Origin: a virus
Virus record (IMG/VR): IMGVR_UViG_3300028610_001991
DNA: 64,000 nucleotides
Direction: 5' to 3' (one strand)
Shown: piece by piece, positions 46,712-57,400 of the stretch
Layout of the letters: the number at the start of each line of letters is the position of its first letter
Position numbering within the stretch: position 1 is the stretch's first letter
Made by a program: the position numbers and the translations under genes
The notes under the pieces: generated by a model
Seen by the model: only the letters and a program-made list of their open reading frames with translations
What the model was told of the DNA's origin: nothing
Databases searched by the model: none

Positions 46712-49153
46712 ATGCCGGAGATTACTCTAACTGTTGATAATTTAATTCGTATCCCATTTCTTTTATCAGATCAATTAATTTCTATGATCAAAAAACGATT
46801 TACAAAAAGAAATCCTGTTTATGATCTGCAGCTTGCGATGGCGTATGGTAAGCCTACGAAAGTGACAGTCCCCAAAATAATTATATCGTGGTGTGAAAAC
46901 GAGAAATATTTAATGATACCCAGGGGGACAGGTAAGTATGTGCGGAACTTGTTAGAAGAACACGACTATACTGTCCATATAAATGATCAAAGGGTATACA
47001 CTACTAAATTCATAAAGTTTTATCCTAAGCCAGGGTGGGATCTGAGATCTCATCAGAAAGAAGCGAGAGATGTTTTAAATAGCCATGAGCAAGGAGTCCT
47101 GGAGAGCCCGTGCGGCGGAGGAAAAACGTTATCCATGATAATGAATATAGCAGATAAGCGGCAGCCTAGTATTATTATAATGCATAAGAAAGATCTGATA
47201 AAACAGTGGATGAATGAAATTAACGATAAGTTTATTTTAGAGGAAGGCGCTATAGGTACTATTGCAGAGGGTATTTTTAACCCACAGGTTATAACGCTGG
47301 CCTTAGTTCAAACTATGATTAATTTAACCCAGCAACAGTGGGCGCGTATACAAACAATTTTTGGGATGGTTGTTGTCGAGGAATGTTATGTTGAAGGATC
47401 TCGTGTTACCATGAGGGACGGTACATCAAAGACTATTGAAAATGTACATAACGGGGACAGAGTATATCTAGGTGGAAAAGTAAGTAATTACTTTAGCAGA
47501 GAAGCAGAGGGTTATTACTATATACGAACAAGCATAGGGCCCTTAAATTGTACAGAGAATAATGTATGTAAGGTTGTACAAAGACAGAGAGATAAAAAAA
47601 ATAACCAATATTACGCTTTTGATCCAAAGACTGATATACGAGATAAATTAGCGAGGGACATTAAAAAAGGGGATTTATTTTATACACCTGTTTGGTACGA
47701 TTTTCACGGTATGCTTGGATGCCGTGGTAATTTTCCTGCACTCCTAGCAGCTATTTTAGCAGACGGTAGTATTTCTAAGTGTAGAATTAGGATTGAGGTT
47801 GTTAAAGAACGGAAAGTATTAGCGTTTAAAAAGTTATTTAAAAAATGGAAATTTCGTTTTAACCCAAAGAAAAAATCGTATATTTGGTGGATAAATAGTA
47901 AAGACGAAGATTATTATAGAATAAAAAAAGAGATACCCTTTGTTGGTAAAAAATCGGATAAGATATTTATTCCTGAATGCATTTATGAGGGTAACCTTGT
48001 TGTTAAGTATAAGTTTTTACAAATGCTTATACTTTGTGACGGTCACATATATCCTAACTGTGTAGATTACTACACTACATCTTATCGGTTTGTTTATGAT
48101 TTATTATTATTACTTAAACAGGTTGGTATTTACGCCACGGTTATAATGTGTAAAAAAAAGAAACAGTTTCACAATACTAGGTATAGTGTACGAATCGCAG
48201 GAAAATTAAATCTTGAGAAATTAAATAACATGCATAGAGCAGGGTATACTTTTAAAGAAAGGGATGTATGTAATCAAGGATATTCGATTGACTACGATTA
48301 CCATCATGTAAAAGTTCTTGATATAAAGTGGGTTAATAAAAAAGTTATGGTTTATGATTTTACTACTGAAACTCACCAGATAGTTGTTAACCATATGATT
48401 CATAAAAACTGTCACCATACACCGGCTGAAACATTTTTATATTGTGTAAATAAATTTCCTGCTAGGTTCAAGTATGGCGCGACAGCTACGCCCACCAGGA
48501 AAGATCATCTGGATTTTCTTTTGTTCGATTTTGTAGGTGACATCTTATATTGTATCCCTGATATAGAATTAGAGGCGCGAGGGATTACTATGAAAGCTCA
48601 AGTTCAAAGAGTTATAACAGAATATTTTTATGACTATACAGGCCCCCATTGTTGGGTTTTTATGGTTACAGAAATTACTAAGGATGAGGATAGAAACGAA
48701 ATAATTATTCAGACAGTAGCCGAAGATGTTAAGCAGGGAAACTTTGCGCTTGTGCTGTCTGATAGAATAAAACACTGTAAATACTTAGCTGAAAGACTAT
48801 CTGCATATAATGTTACAGTAAGATTATTAATCGGTGATAAAAGTACTGAGGAAAGGGAAACAATACGCCAGGAATGTTTACGCGGGGAAGTAGATGTACT
48901 CATAGGCACTACAGTAGCTGATGAAGGAATGGATATACCTAACTTAAATTCACTACATTTAACCTGTCCCTCAAATAATGAGGGTAAATTAAAACAAAGA
49001 TGTGGTAGGGTTAAGCGCAGTATAGCTAATAAAGATATGCCTACTATTTATGACTATGTAGATCATAACATAGATAAATGTTGTAAGATATGGTGGAATA
49101 GAGAAAAGTGGTATATGAAATGGGATTTTAAACTATTATATACGGAGGGTTAA
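46712..49153 (+). CDS. SF2 (DEAH-type) DNA helicase with intein
   Basis: SPCGGGKT (motif I), VVEE|CHH (motif II split by the intein), GATATP, IGTTVADEGMD and QRCGRV. Confidence 0.9.
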   Translation: MPEITLTVDNLIRIPFLLSDQLISMIKKRFTKRNPVYDLQLAMAYGKPTKVTVPKIIISWCENEKYLMIPRGTGKYVRNLLEEHDYTVHINDQRVYTTKFIKFYPKPGWDLRSHQKEARDVLNSHEQGVLESPCGGGKTLSMIMNIADKRQPSIIIMHKKDLIKQWMNEINDKFILEEGAIGTIAEGIFNPQVITLALVQTMINLTQQQWARIQTIFGMVVVEECYVEGSRVTMRDGTSKTIENVHNGDRVYLGGKVSNYFSREAEGYYYIRTSIGPLNCTENNVCKVVQRQRDKKNNQYYAFDPKTDIRDKLARDIKKGDLFYTPVWYDFHGMLGCRGNFPALLAAILADGSISKCRIRIEVVKERKVLAFKKLFKKWKFRFNPKKKSYIWWINSKDEDYYRIKKEIPFVGKKSDKIFIPECIYEGNLVVKYKFLQMLILCDGHIYPNCVDYYTTSYRFVYDLLLLLKQVGIYATVIMCKKKKQFHNTRYSVRIAGKLNLEKLNNMHRAGYTFKERDVCNQGYSIDYDYHHVKVLDIKWVNKKVMVYDFTTETHQIVVNHMIHKNCHHTPAETFLYCVNKFPARFKYGATATPTRKDHLDFLLFDFVGDILYCIPDIELEARGITMKAQVQRVITEYFYDYTGPHCWVFMVTEITKDEDRNEIIIQTVAEDVKQGNFALVLSDRIKHCKYLAERLSAYNVTVRLLIGDKSTEERETIRQECLRGEVDVLIGTTVADEGMDIPNLNSLHLTCPSNNEGKLKQRCGRVKRSIANKDMPTIYDYVDHNIDKCCKIWWNREKWYMKWDFKLLYTEG
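47384..48409 (+). mobile_element. Intein (342 aa) with LAGLIDADG homing endonuclease
   Basis: Begins CYVEGSRVTMRDG, has AILADG and LILCDG motifs, and ends VYDFTTETHQIVVNHMIHKN followed by Cys. Removing it restores VVEECHH. Confidence 0.9.
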
Positions 49154-49156
49154 TAC

Positions 49157-50212
49157 ATGGATACAGAAGAACTTAAAGATATGCAGATATACATACCGGA
49201 TGATAACAGTTCTAAACTAGAAGCTGTACTTTTCGGCTTGAGATTTGTAGATGGCCTTGATTCTTTAGATAGGGATATTTTTAACTTAATTATAGGTACC
49301 CATAAGCGAAATACTTACCAAGGGCTTGACATGGAACTACTAATGGCTTTTACGCGTAGGTCTGAGCGTAGAGTCCGTGAAAGAATAAGGAGATTAATTA
49401 ATTTTAAATTAATAATAAAAAAGAAAGAAGGAAATAGACATTTTTATAGATTTGATTTAAATCCAATAAGAAAATTGGCCTGTACTTCAAACTTATGGGG
49501 TGTATACAAGGACTCCTTTAGTAATACCTACACACCTCCGCCTATTACATTTAGTACTGAAACTGAAGAGGAGGTAGAAGCTGCAGAGAAAATGGGTAAG
49601 GATGCTCAGGCTGTTAGAATTAAGCGCACAAAGAATTTAAATGAGATAAAAAAAAGTAATGAGGTAGATAGGGAGCGGTGCATCACTGCTTTTTACAAAG
49701 AATTAAACGAGAATTGTTTGAGGAAGTTTCTTAGCTTATACTTTTTTTTGCAGTTTAAAGAGTACGGGGAAGCTTTATATAAATTTGTTTTAAAGATAAG
49801 GGATTTAAAGAATCCGCATTTAGTAGATATAAAACAGTTCGAAGATACGTTAAGTGCATTTATTAAAATTGTTGAAGACGGTTCTCTTTTTAAAGGTAAA
49901 GGGAGAAATGTTTTTTATAAACGTGGCGTGCTTATGAAATATTTTAAGAATATTCAGCGGCCTAAATTTGCCAGCTGTATTAAAGGTGTTAGTAATGAGT
50001 TAGCAGACAAGTTAGCTTCTATGGATGGATTTAAGGAAAGAGCGATAGCTATATTTAAAGCAGTTAAAAATATTAAGTATCCGTATAAAGATAAATTGTG
50101 GTATGTTATTGATACTAATGGTTCTCCTTATCTCCCTGCACCGTATAGAGAAGATCATTTATATGCCAGCTACCCTATCTACAACGAAGCAAAATATAAA
50201 GATAAAAAATGA
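49157..50212 (+). CDS. Putative DNA-binding replication protein (N-terminal winged-helix)
   Basis: HTH-like segment LMAFTRRSERRVRERIRRLINFKLI; lies within the replication cluster. Confidence 0.4.
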   Translation: MDTEELKDMQIYIPDDNSSKLEAVLFGLRFVDGLDSLDRDIFNLIIGTHKRNTYQGLDMELLMAFTRRSERRVRERIRRLINFKLIIKKKEGNRHFYRFDLNPIRKLACTSNLWGVYKDSFSNTYTPPPITFSTETEEEVEAAEKMGKDAQAVRIKRTKNLNEIKKSNEVDRERCITAFYKELNENCLRKFLSLYFFLQFKEYGEALYKFVLKIRDLKNPHLVDIKQFEDTLSAFIKIVEDGSLFKGKGRNVFYKRGVLMKYFKNIQRPKFASCIKGVSNELADKLASMDGFKERAIAIFKAVKNIKYPYKDKLWYVIDTNGSPYLPAPYREDHLYASYPIYNEAKYKDKK

Positions 50213-50829
50213 GGAAAGTTATACTAGGTTTAGATCCCGGGTATGAGGGTGGTATGAGTGTGATAGATTATGCGGGGAATATAATTGAGAGTAGGCCAAT
50301 GCCCTTGATTAAAACATTTAAAGACTACAAGGAGAGAAAGAATAAAAAAACAGGGAAAATACACCTGATTAAGCGATATAATAAAGAAATAGATATATAC
50401 GCAATAGCATACATCGTTAGATTATGTTGTGATGGTTCTACTTCGGATGTCTGGTATAACTATGTTATAGCGTTTATAGAGCATGTTCATGCTATGCCAA
50501 AACAGGGCACTACGTCAATGTTTAATTTTGGTGAGGGATACGGGGAACTAAAAGGGTTCCTAAAAGTTTTACCTATTGAGTTTTATAAAGTCTCACCTAC
50601 TAAATGGAAGAATTATTTCTTTAAGACAGGCTATGATAAAAAGAGAAAACGTGCTATATACAGTATTTGTCTAGCTGATAAAAAGGCTGTTGCTATGTAT
50701 GCTAAATCTGTAACAGGATTCCACTTTAAAACTAGTGACACAAGTACTATTCTTAATGACGGTATGGCAGAGAGTTATTTACTAGCAGAATACGGAAGGA
50801 GAAATTTAGATGAATATACCTCTAAGTAA
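50209..50829 (+). CDS. RuvC-like Holliday junction resolvase
   Basis: Motifs ILGLDPG, AFIEHV, SMFNFGEGYG, VSPTKWK and DGMAES. Confidence 0.85.
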   Translation: MRKVILGLDPGYEGGMSVIDYAGNIIESRPMPLIKTFKDYKERKNKKTGKIHLIKRYNKEIDIYAIAYIVRLCCDGSTSDVWYNYVIAFIEHVHAMPKQGTTSMFNFGEGYGELKGFLKVLPIEFYKVSPTKWKNYFFKTGYDKKRKRAIYSICLADKKAVAMYAKSVTGFHFKTSDTSTILNDGMAESYLLAEYGRRNLDEYTSK

Positions 50830-51538
50830 AAAGTTTAAGCCGTGTGGTAAGTGCAATAAAGGATATGTTTTTAGAGGGGAAATGGCTGTTTATTGTGATT
50901 GCCTTAGAGAATATGAAAAGAAAGATAGTATACGAAGGATGGCTGGTTATACTAACTTACCTTTGGATTATCTGGATTGTGAAATAAATAATTTTGAGGT
51001 ATTGAGTAACGCTGCAGTTAATTTTGACTCTTTTACTAAGGTAAAACAATTTGTAAGTAGACTGGACTACCATTTAGAGGAGGGGCATGGTTTAGTTTTA
51101 ATGGGGAATAATAATTGTGGTAAAACTCATATAGCAACAGCTATTCAGAAATTAACTTTTAGTAAATATACATCTCATTTTATACTAGCCGCTTCTTATA
51201 TAAATTTAATAACAAAATCGTGGGCAACAAAAGATATAGAGGATATAGACGATATTGATAATATTAGAACAGTTGAGTTATTAGTTTTAGATGACTTAGA
51301 TAAAGCTGTATTATCAGCAGCACCGTTCAAAAAAGAAGTTTTAGATGAATTACTAAGAACCAGAATAAGTAATAGAAGATCAACAATTATAACTACCAAT
51401 CTACCAACCGAAGATGCAATAAAGGGTTTTCTAGAGTATCATATGTTTTCTTTATTAAAAAGAAAGAGTTACTTTTTAACGTTTGAAGGTGAATATACAG
51501 ATACGATTGTAAATAATTTAGATAAGGATCTTACATGA
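50810..51538 (+). CDS. DnaC/IstB-like AAA+ helicase loader
   Basis: N-terminal CxxC…CxC, Walker A GNNNCGKT, Walker B LLVLDDL, and TIITTN. Confidence 0.85.
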   Translation: MNIPLSKKFKPCGKCNKGYVFRGEMAVYCDCLREYEKKDSIRRMAGYTNLPLDYLDCEINNFEVLSNAAVNFDSFTKVKQFVSRLDYHLEEGHGLVLMGNNNCGKTHIATAIQKLTFSKYTSHFILAASYINLITKSWATKDIEDIDDIDNIRTVELLVLDDLDKAVLSAAPFKKEVLDELLRTRISNRRSTIITTNLPTEDAIKGFLEYHMFSLLKRKSYFLTFEGEYTDTIVNNLDKDLT

Positions 51539-53103
51539 GTGAAATTCCAGCTATACCATTAACCCCGGAAAGACTGAATGAGAAGGTACTCCTGGGATCA
51601 TTATTAGTAAATGAAGATATAAGAAATGATTTTGCATTTGATATTTCTCCTGAGGATTTTATTGATCCTGATCATGCGTGTTTTGCTTATGCTATCAGTT
51701 ATGCTCATGGTAATAATATCACAGTGACAACTGATTCTATATTCGAATTATCTACTAAGTATAATAATAAAGTTGAAATAATGTATGACACTTTGTTACA
51801 TTTAGTTAAGATAGGAAATGAACAAAATATAAATGCTACCTCCTTTAAATATTATTTAGAAAGAGTGAGGTGTAGGACATTAGCGGTAGCAGTTAAATTG
51901 GAGTACGGTGATAAGTTTATAGTGTTATTAAAAAATCCGGATGCAAAATATTCTGATATTATTACATCTATTGAGAGTATGCGGGATAAGTTTATCACAT
52001 CTAAGATAGGAAACGACGAAGGTTATAAATCTTTAAAGATGTATGAGGCAGCATGGAGGGCTGAATTTGAAATAAGAAAAAAGGGACGGACTTTTTCTCC
52101 TTCAGGTTATCCTCATCTTGATTACTTTTTAACTGAGGGTTTTGCTATGGGTAAAGTATCTGTAGTCGCAGGACGGCCAGGTAGTGGTAAAAGCTCCTTC
52201 GTTTGTAATATAATGGATCGTATCTCTATTATGTCAACTACTGTAAGTATGAGTAATGTTATAGGAGGACCGCCGATAAGTCCCTTTATTCTTAGTAGGC
52301 CTATTCCTTGTGCTCTATGTGCTTTAGAAATGAATAGTATAGGTACTATAGATAGGTTATTGGCGATAAGAACAAGATTACCTTTAATAGATATTATAAG
52401 AAACCCTAGTTACCTGAATAAGGATGAGCTAAAGACAATTGATACTTTTGTGACTGATTTTGCTGATAATCGTTATTTGTATATAGATGATACTCCTCAG
52501 CAGAATATTGATATACTAGCTCAAAGAATAACTAGATTAAAGAAAAAGATAAATAGTGAAGAGCTGATTGTTTTTGTAGATCTATTCGGTAAATTAGAGG
52601 ATATGAATGAAAATATAGCGACTACTACTGCGGCAGCTTATGAGAGTACCTTAAGAAAGATTCAGATATTAGCTAGGGATCTGAATGTTCATTTTTGTTT
52701 AGTTGCTCAGATTGGTAGAAAAGCAGAGGCAGTGAGGGATAAAGCTAAGAAAAATAAAGTGATAAACAATCGACCTGCTATGCGTCACTTAAAGAACTCT
52801 GGTGCATTTGAGGAAGTAGCAGATCTTATTTTGTTATTATATAGACAAAAATATTATCAACCAGACTTAACTACAGATATTTGTGAGGTAAACATCGCTA
52901 AACAAAGGCAGGGAGTAGGGGGTAAGGTAGTTAACTTATTGTTTGACGGAATAACAACTACACTACATTCAACAAATGAGCGTTTAGTGGAGCAAGAGGC
53001 GCTTAATTTAAATATAGTAACAGAGAGGGATTTTAGTAATGAAGATAAGTATTTATACTATTCAGGATTTGATAGAGAGGAAAAAGAGAAGTTAAATGGC
53101 TAA
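51535..53103 (+). CDS. dnaB: Replicative DnaB-like helicase
   Basis: Motifs AGRPGSGKS, LEM, YIDD, VAQIGR, LKNSGAFEEVADLILLLYR and IAKQRQG. Confidence 0.88.
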   Translation: MSEIPAIPLTPERLNEKVLLGSLLVNEDIRNDFAFDISPEDFIDPDHACFAYAISYAHGNNITVTTDSIFELSTKYNNKVEIMYDTLLHLVKIGNEQNINATSFKYYLERVRCRTLAVAVKLEYGDKFIVLLKNPDAKYSDIITSIESMRDKFITSKIGNDEGYKSLKMYEAAWRAEFEIRKKGRTFSPSGYPHLDYFLTEGFAMGKVSVVAGRPGSGKSSFVCNIMDRISIMSTTVSMSNVIGGPPISPFILSRPIPCALCALEMNSIGTIDRLLAIRTRLPLIDIIRNPSYLNKDELKTIDTFVTDFADNRYLYIDDTPQQNIDILAQRITRLKKKINSEELIVFVDLFGKLEDMNENIATTTAAAYESTLRKIQILARDLNVHFCLVAQIGRKAEAVRDKAKKNKVINNRPAMRHLKNSGAFEEVADLILLLYRQKYYQPDLTTDICEVNIAKQRQGVGGKVVNLLFDGITTTLHSTNERLVEQEALNLNIVTERDFSNEDKYLYYSGFDREEKEKLNG

Positions 53104-54067
53104 TGTTCCTTATAGTATTTTAATTAAGTATGTAGATATCGGTGCTGTTATAAATGCTTTAGAGATAGAAGTATCTAAGATTACCGGTAGATCTATTATA
53201 TGTCAGTGTATTATGCCGAAGCATAGAGATTCTACACCATCAATGCATATAGACAAAAAGACTGGTATTTACTATTGTTTTGGATGTAGGGAGAAGGGTA
53301 CTCTACTAAAAGCTATTACCATAGTAAACGGTATGGAATACCCTGAAAATAAACTATATCTGGAAAGTTTTTCTAACATACATAATATTTCGATGAGGGA
53401 TATTATTGACGATATAGATAGAGATAAAGAACCTGATGCTGAGCAATCCGATGTCTTAGTTAAAGGTTACAGGAGAAATTATTCTGCTGAGAGTATAAAT
53501 ACAAAGCCCGTCTACTACCCTATGGGTACTGATTCTTGGTCAGCAGAAGTTTATGAATGGTGCGAGAGGGCGTTAATTAAATATAACATTGTTAAACCAT
53601 ATTTTAATTTAGGGTACTGTAGGGTAGGTAAGTATAAAGATAGAATTATTATCCCTGTATGGTTTAAAGGTAAATTAGTAGATTTCCAAGCAAGAGCTGT
53701 TAATAAAGAGACAGAGCCTAAAGATTTGTTTATATATGGTATACCTGTGGGTGTATTTCTATTTAATTATGATAATATTAATTGGGATTATGCTGTATGT
53801 ATCGTAGAGGGGGCTGTTGATGTATTGCGTTTATGGCCTTACTCTACTAACTGTGTTGCTGCTTTAGGATCTTATCTGTGTGAACCTCAGGCAGAGTTAT
53901 TAAAGAGAAGTAAAAGTCTGATTACCTTACCTGATAATGATATGGGCGGTCTCAGCTTATTGAATTCTATTAAATCTCAGCTGAACGGTATGGAACTATG
54001 GCTTAGGTATTTTGATAAGAAAGACATACCAAATTTATTAAAAAAGGTGGTGAAGGTAAATGGATAA
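53096..54067 (+). CDS. DnaG-like primase (CHC2 zinc finger + TOPRIM)
   Basis: Motifs CIMPKH…PS…YYCFGC, RIIIP, IVEGAVD and PDNDMGG. Confidence 0.85.
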   Translation: MANVPYSILIKYVDIGAVINALEIEVSKITGRSIICQCIMPKHRDSTPSMHIDKKTGIYYCFGCREKGTLLKAITIVNGMEYPENKLYLESFSNIHNISMRDIIDDIDRDKEPDAEQSDVLVKGYRRNYSAESINTKPVYYPMGTDSWSAEVYEWCERALIKYNIVKPYFNLGYCRVGKYKDRIIIPVWFKGKLVDFQARAVNKETEPKDLFIYGIPVGVFLFNYDNINWDYAVCIVEGAVDVLRLWPYSTNCVAALGSYLCEPQAELLKRSKSLITLPDNDMGGLSLLNSIKSQLNGMELWLRYFDKKDIPNLLKKVVKVNG

Positions 54068-54437
54068 TCTAGTTTTAAACCCGTGGATATATAAAGCAAC
54101 ATATATATCAAACTACGATGGTGATACCATTCGATTTTTAAGAGATTGTGGCTGCAATGTTTTCCACACTGTTACTGTAAGGCTGTGGGGGATTGATACT
54201 CCCGAGTTAAGAAGTAAGGATATTATTGAAAAAGAAAAAGCGTATGAAGCTCGTGATGTAGTTAAAAAGATACTTACTGAAGCTAACTGTATCTATATTG
54301 AAACTATAAAGGGTAAAAAGGGTAAATACGGTAGATACATAGCGAACATATGGTACGCAGAGAAAAAGCTTGGTGAGTTATTTTGTTTAAATGAAGAGCT
54401 AGTTAATAGAGGCTTAGCTGTATACAGGGAGTACTGA
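54060..54437 (+). CDS. Thermonuclease (SNase-like)
   Basis: Motifs YDGDT, VRLWGIDTPE, KYGRYIA and LNEELV. Confidence 0.88.
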   Translation: MDNLVLNPWIYKATYISNYDGDTIRFLRDCGCNVFHTVTVRLWGIDTPELRSKDIIEKEKAYEARDVVKKILTEANCIYIETIKGKKGKYGRYIANIWYAEKKLGELFCLNEELVNRGLAVYREY

Positions 54438-57400
54438 TGGAAGAAAAGACATTATGTTTTGGCTGTGATCGTTCAAAAAATAGATATTGTAAGATGGATG
54501 CTGTTACTCATTATGATAAACAGGACGGGGTAATGCTTATAGGCTCTTTCCCGGACGAGAGTGCAGCTATTAATAATACCCATTTTTACCAAGAATACCG
54601 TATGTTATTAGATAATATTTTACTAGAGGAAAAAGCGGGTATAGATCATTATAAGGTAATCTATACTTATGCCTGTAAGTGTAGGTTAAAAGGATATGAT
54701 AAAGGTCCGTCTCTTAGTCAGCTTAGGTTGTGTAGACAGCGTACATGGGAAGAAATAAAAAAGTATAAGCCTAAGTTGGTTATAGCTATGGGTAAAGAAG
54801 CAATGGCCCTTTTCAAGAATACTGATCAGGGAATTATGCTTATTAGAGGAACAGGTGAAACTTATAGTGATGATATTATAAGTGGTGTTACAGTATGCTA
54901 TACATCAGGATTAAATATTTTCGATGTAAAAAAATCTAGTGCCGGTAAGTCAGAGGACTGGAAAAGGGACGAAAGGAATTTAATGTATAGCGATTTTGAG
55001 TGGATAGGTAAAGTGTATAAGGAACCTATATACTTACACCCACAACAGGCTTTGAATTTTAAGACAAATTATGTTGTTTTAAAAAACGATGATACCTTAG
55101 AGAAATACAAAGAGGCATTAGATAAGATTGAGAATGATAATCGGGGGATAATATCCTATGACGTAGAGACTAGATCGCTAATCGATATAACAATTTTATG
55201 TTTATCTATAACATTAATACCAGGGGAGGCGTATGTATTTCCTTTGTTAAAAGAAAGGGTGGTTAACCAAGTTAAGGTTGACATGTATAATAAAAGCATA
55301 AAAATGGATAGCAATGGAAAAAAGCCATTAATAGATGATAAGGGTAAGGTACTAACTACTTTGAAAAAGAAGAACGGAGGTATAAGTGTACGTGGGTATA
55401 CCTATGCCGCATTACCGGATTATTTCGGAGAAGAGTACATAATTGAAAATAAGAAGGTAAGGAAATATGTATGTGATAGGTTAAAGAAAATACTAACCAA
55501 CCCTAATATAAAGAAAGTAACTCAGAATGGAATTTTTGACATTCATGCTGTAAGGCATACTTTCGGTATAGATGTTCAGGGGTGGTCTGACGATACAATG
55601 CTAATGTACAGTATGATCGATGAAGAAAGTATTAGGGGTTTAAAAGCTATGGCAGATATGTATATTCCGAGATTAAGAGGCTATGACCACACCCTATCAA
55701 GTTATATTAAAAAGAATAAGATAAAGGACCGTATAGAGTTACCTTATACCACTATGCAAGGTCCCTACAACGCTATGGATACTGACGCAACGCTTTCTTT
55801 ATACTGGCAGTTTAAGAGTATTATAATCGATAGAGACCCTAAAGATTGGGATTTTTATAAAAGATATGCTATGCGGTTACAGTTAATTATGTACGGTGTT
55901 GAAAAGAGAGGTGTTTATCTAGATTATAAATTTATTAAAAGTAAAAAAGAAGAACTTACACAGAAGATGAAAGATATGGCTATACCTATAATTGACTTTG
56001 TTTCTGGATCAGGCATTAAACGTTTTAAAGGCTTGACATATGATAACATTGATTTGGTAACAGGTAGGATGGATAAGCGTACAAAAGAATGCCCGGCTGG
56101 TTTTAAGGTAGAAGGTAACACAGATGTGAGTGATGTTTTAATAGCTGTAGGTGTTTGCTTAAAAGATAAAACTCCGAAAGGTACATATAAGCAGTCTGGA
56201 GATGCATTGAAGCAATTTTTAGATCATAAAGTTGCGGGTAAGTTTATTCAGGACGTTATAGGTTATAGAGAAATAAGTAAAAAGAATGCTTTCCTTATTG
56301 ATTATGCTAAGAAATTAAAAGGGAAGGATAGACTCTATGCTAGATTTACTGTTCATGGTGCTAAGACTGGACGTTTTTCGGTCAAGGAGCCGAACCTGCA
56401 GCAGATACCCAGGGACGGTGATGTTAAAAATGTAATAGTGGCCCCAAAAGGATATCATTTAGTTCAGGTAGATTTATCTCAAGCAGAGTTACGTATACTA
56501 GCACACTATGCCGATGAAATTTCAATGAAGCAGGTTTTTAAAGGGTTTACTGCTACATGTAGTGGAGCTAAGGATGGTTATGTTTTTATAAAAGATAAAA
56601 CAGCAGGAGACATGAATTTCTTTTTTGCTATTAAAAACCTTAGGGACGGGGAATATTATTGTTTTGACTCATTTAAAGATAGGCCTGATCTTATTCATGT
56701 CTTAGGGAGGATGTTACTAGAGAAAAGCGGCGATAAAGATTTTAAAATAGCGTCTGATAACGTAGAAAATAAACAGTGGATACACCCCCTAACCCCAGAT
56801 GAAGTTAATAAAGTGTTTTTACCCGGTGATAGTCTAGATACCGGTTCAGGCGATATACATATGTTTATAGCATCACAAATAAATAATAAGGTTATATGGA
56901 AAGTAATTAAAGAGGAAAGATATGATGCTAAGGCAACAAGTTTTGGGATACCTTACGGTACTACAGAAGTAGGATTAGCTTATAGACTCAATAAGTCTAT
57001 AGAAGAAGCGAAAATGTTAATAGCTCTTGTTTTTGGTAAATTTCCAAAAATAAAACAGTATATTGATGATACTATAACAGCGGCTCAACTAACAGCTAGG
57101 CATAACGGGGGTATAGGTATAGTTAAGACTGAGTTAGGTAGAAAAAGACATCTTTTAGATATAGTAGATAGAAATCCTAGGAGAAGAGCGCAGGCTAGAA
57201 GACAGGCGGTAAATTTTAGGATACAAGGTACCTGCCACGACTTAATGGTAAATCACACAATAAGGGTAGATGAGGAGCTAAAGAAACGTAAATCTGGCGC
57301 TTACATTGTTAATCAGGTACATGATAGTTTACTATTTTATTGTCCTAAAAAAGAAACAAAGGGTTTTATATCGTGGATAAAACCAATTATGGAGATACAG

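Noticed and set aside
56540-56850. The polymerase insertion as a mini-intein or intron
   Set aside because: It has no N-terminal Cys/Ser block A pattern, no HN/C terminus and no frame break.
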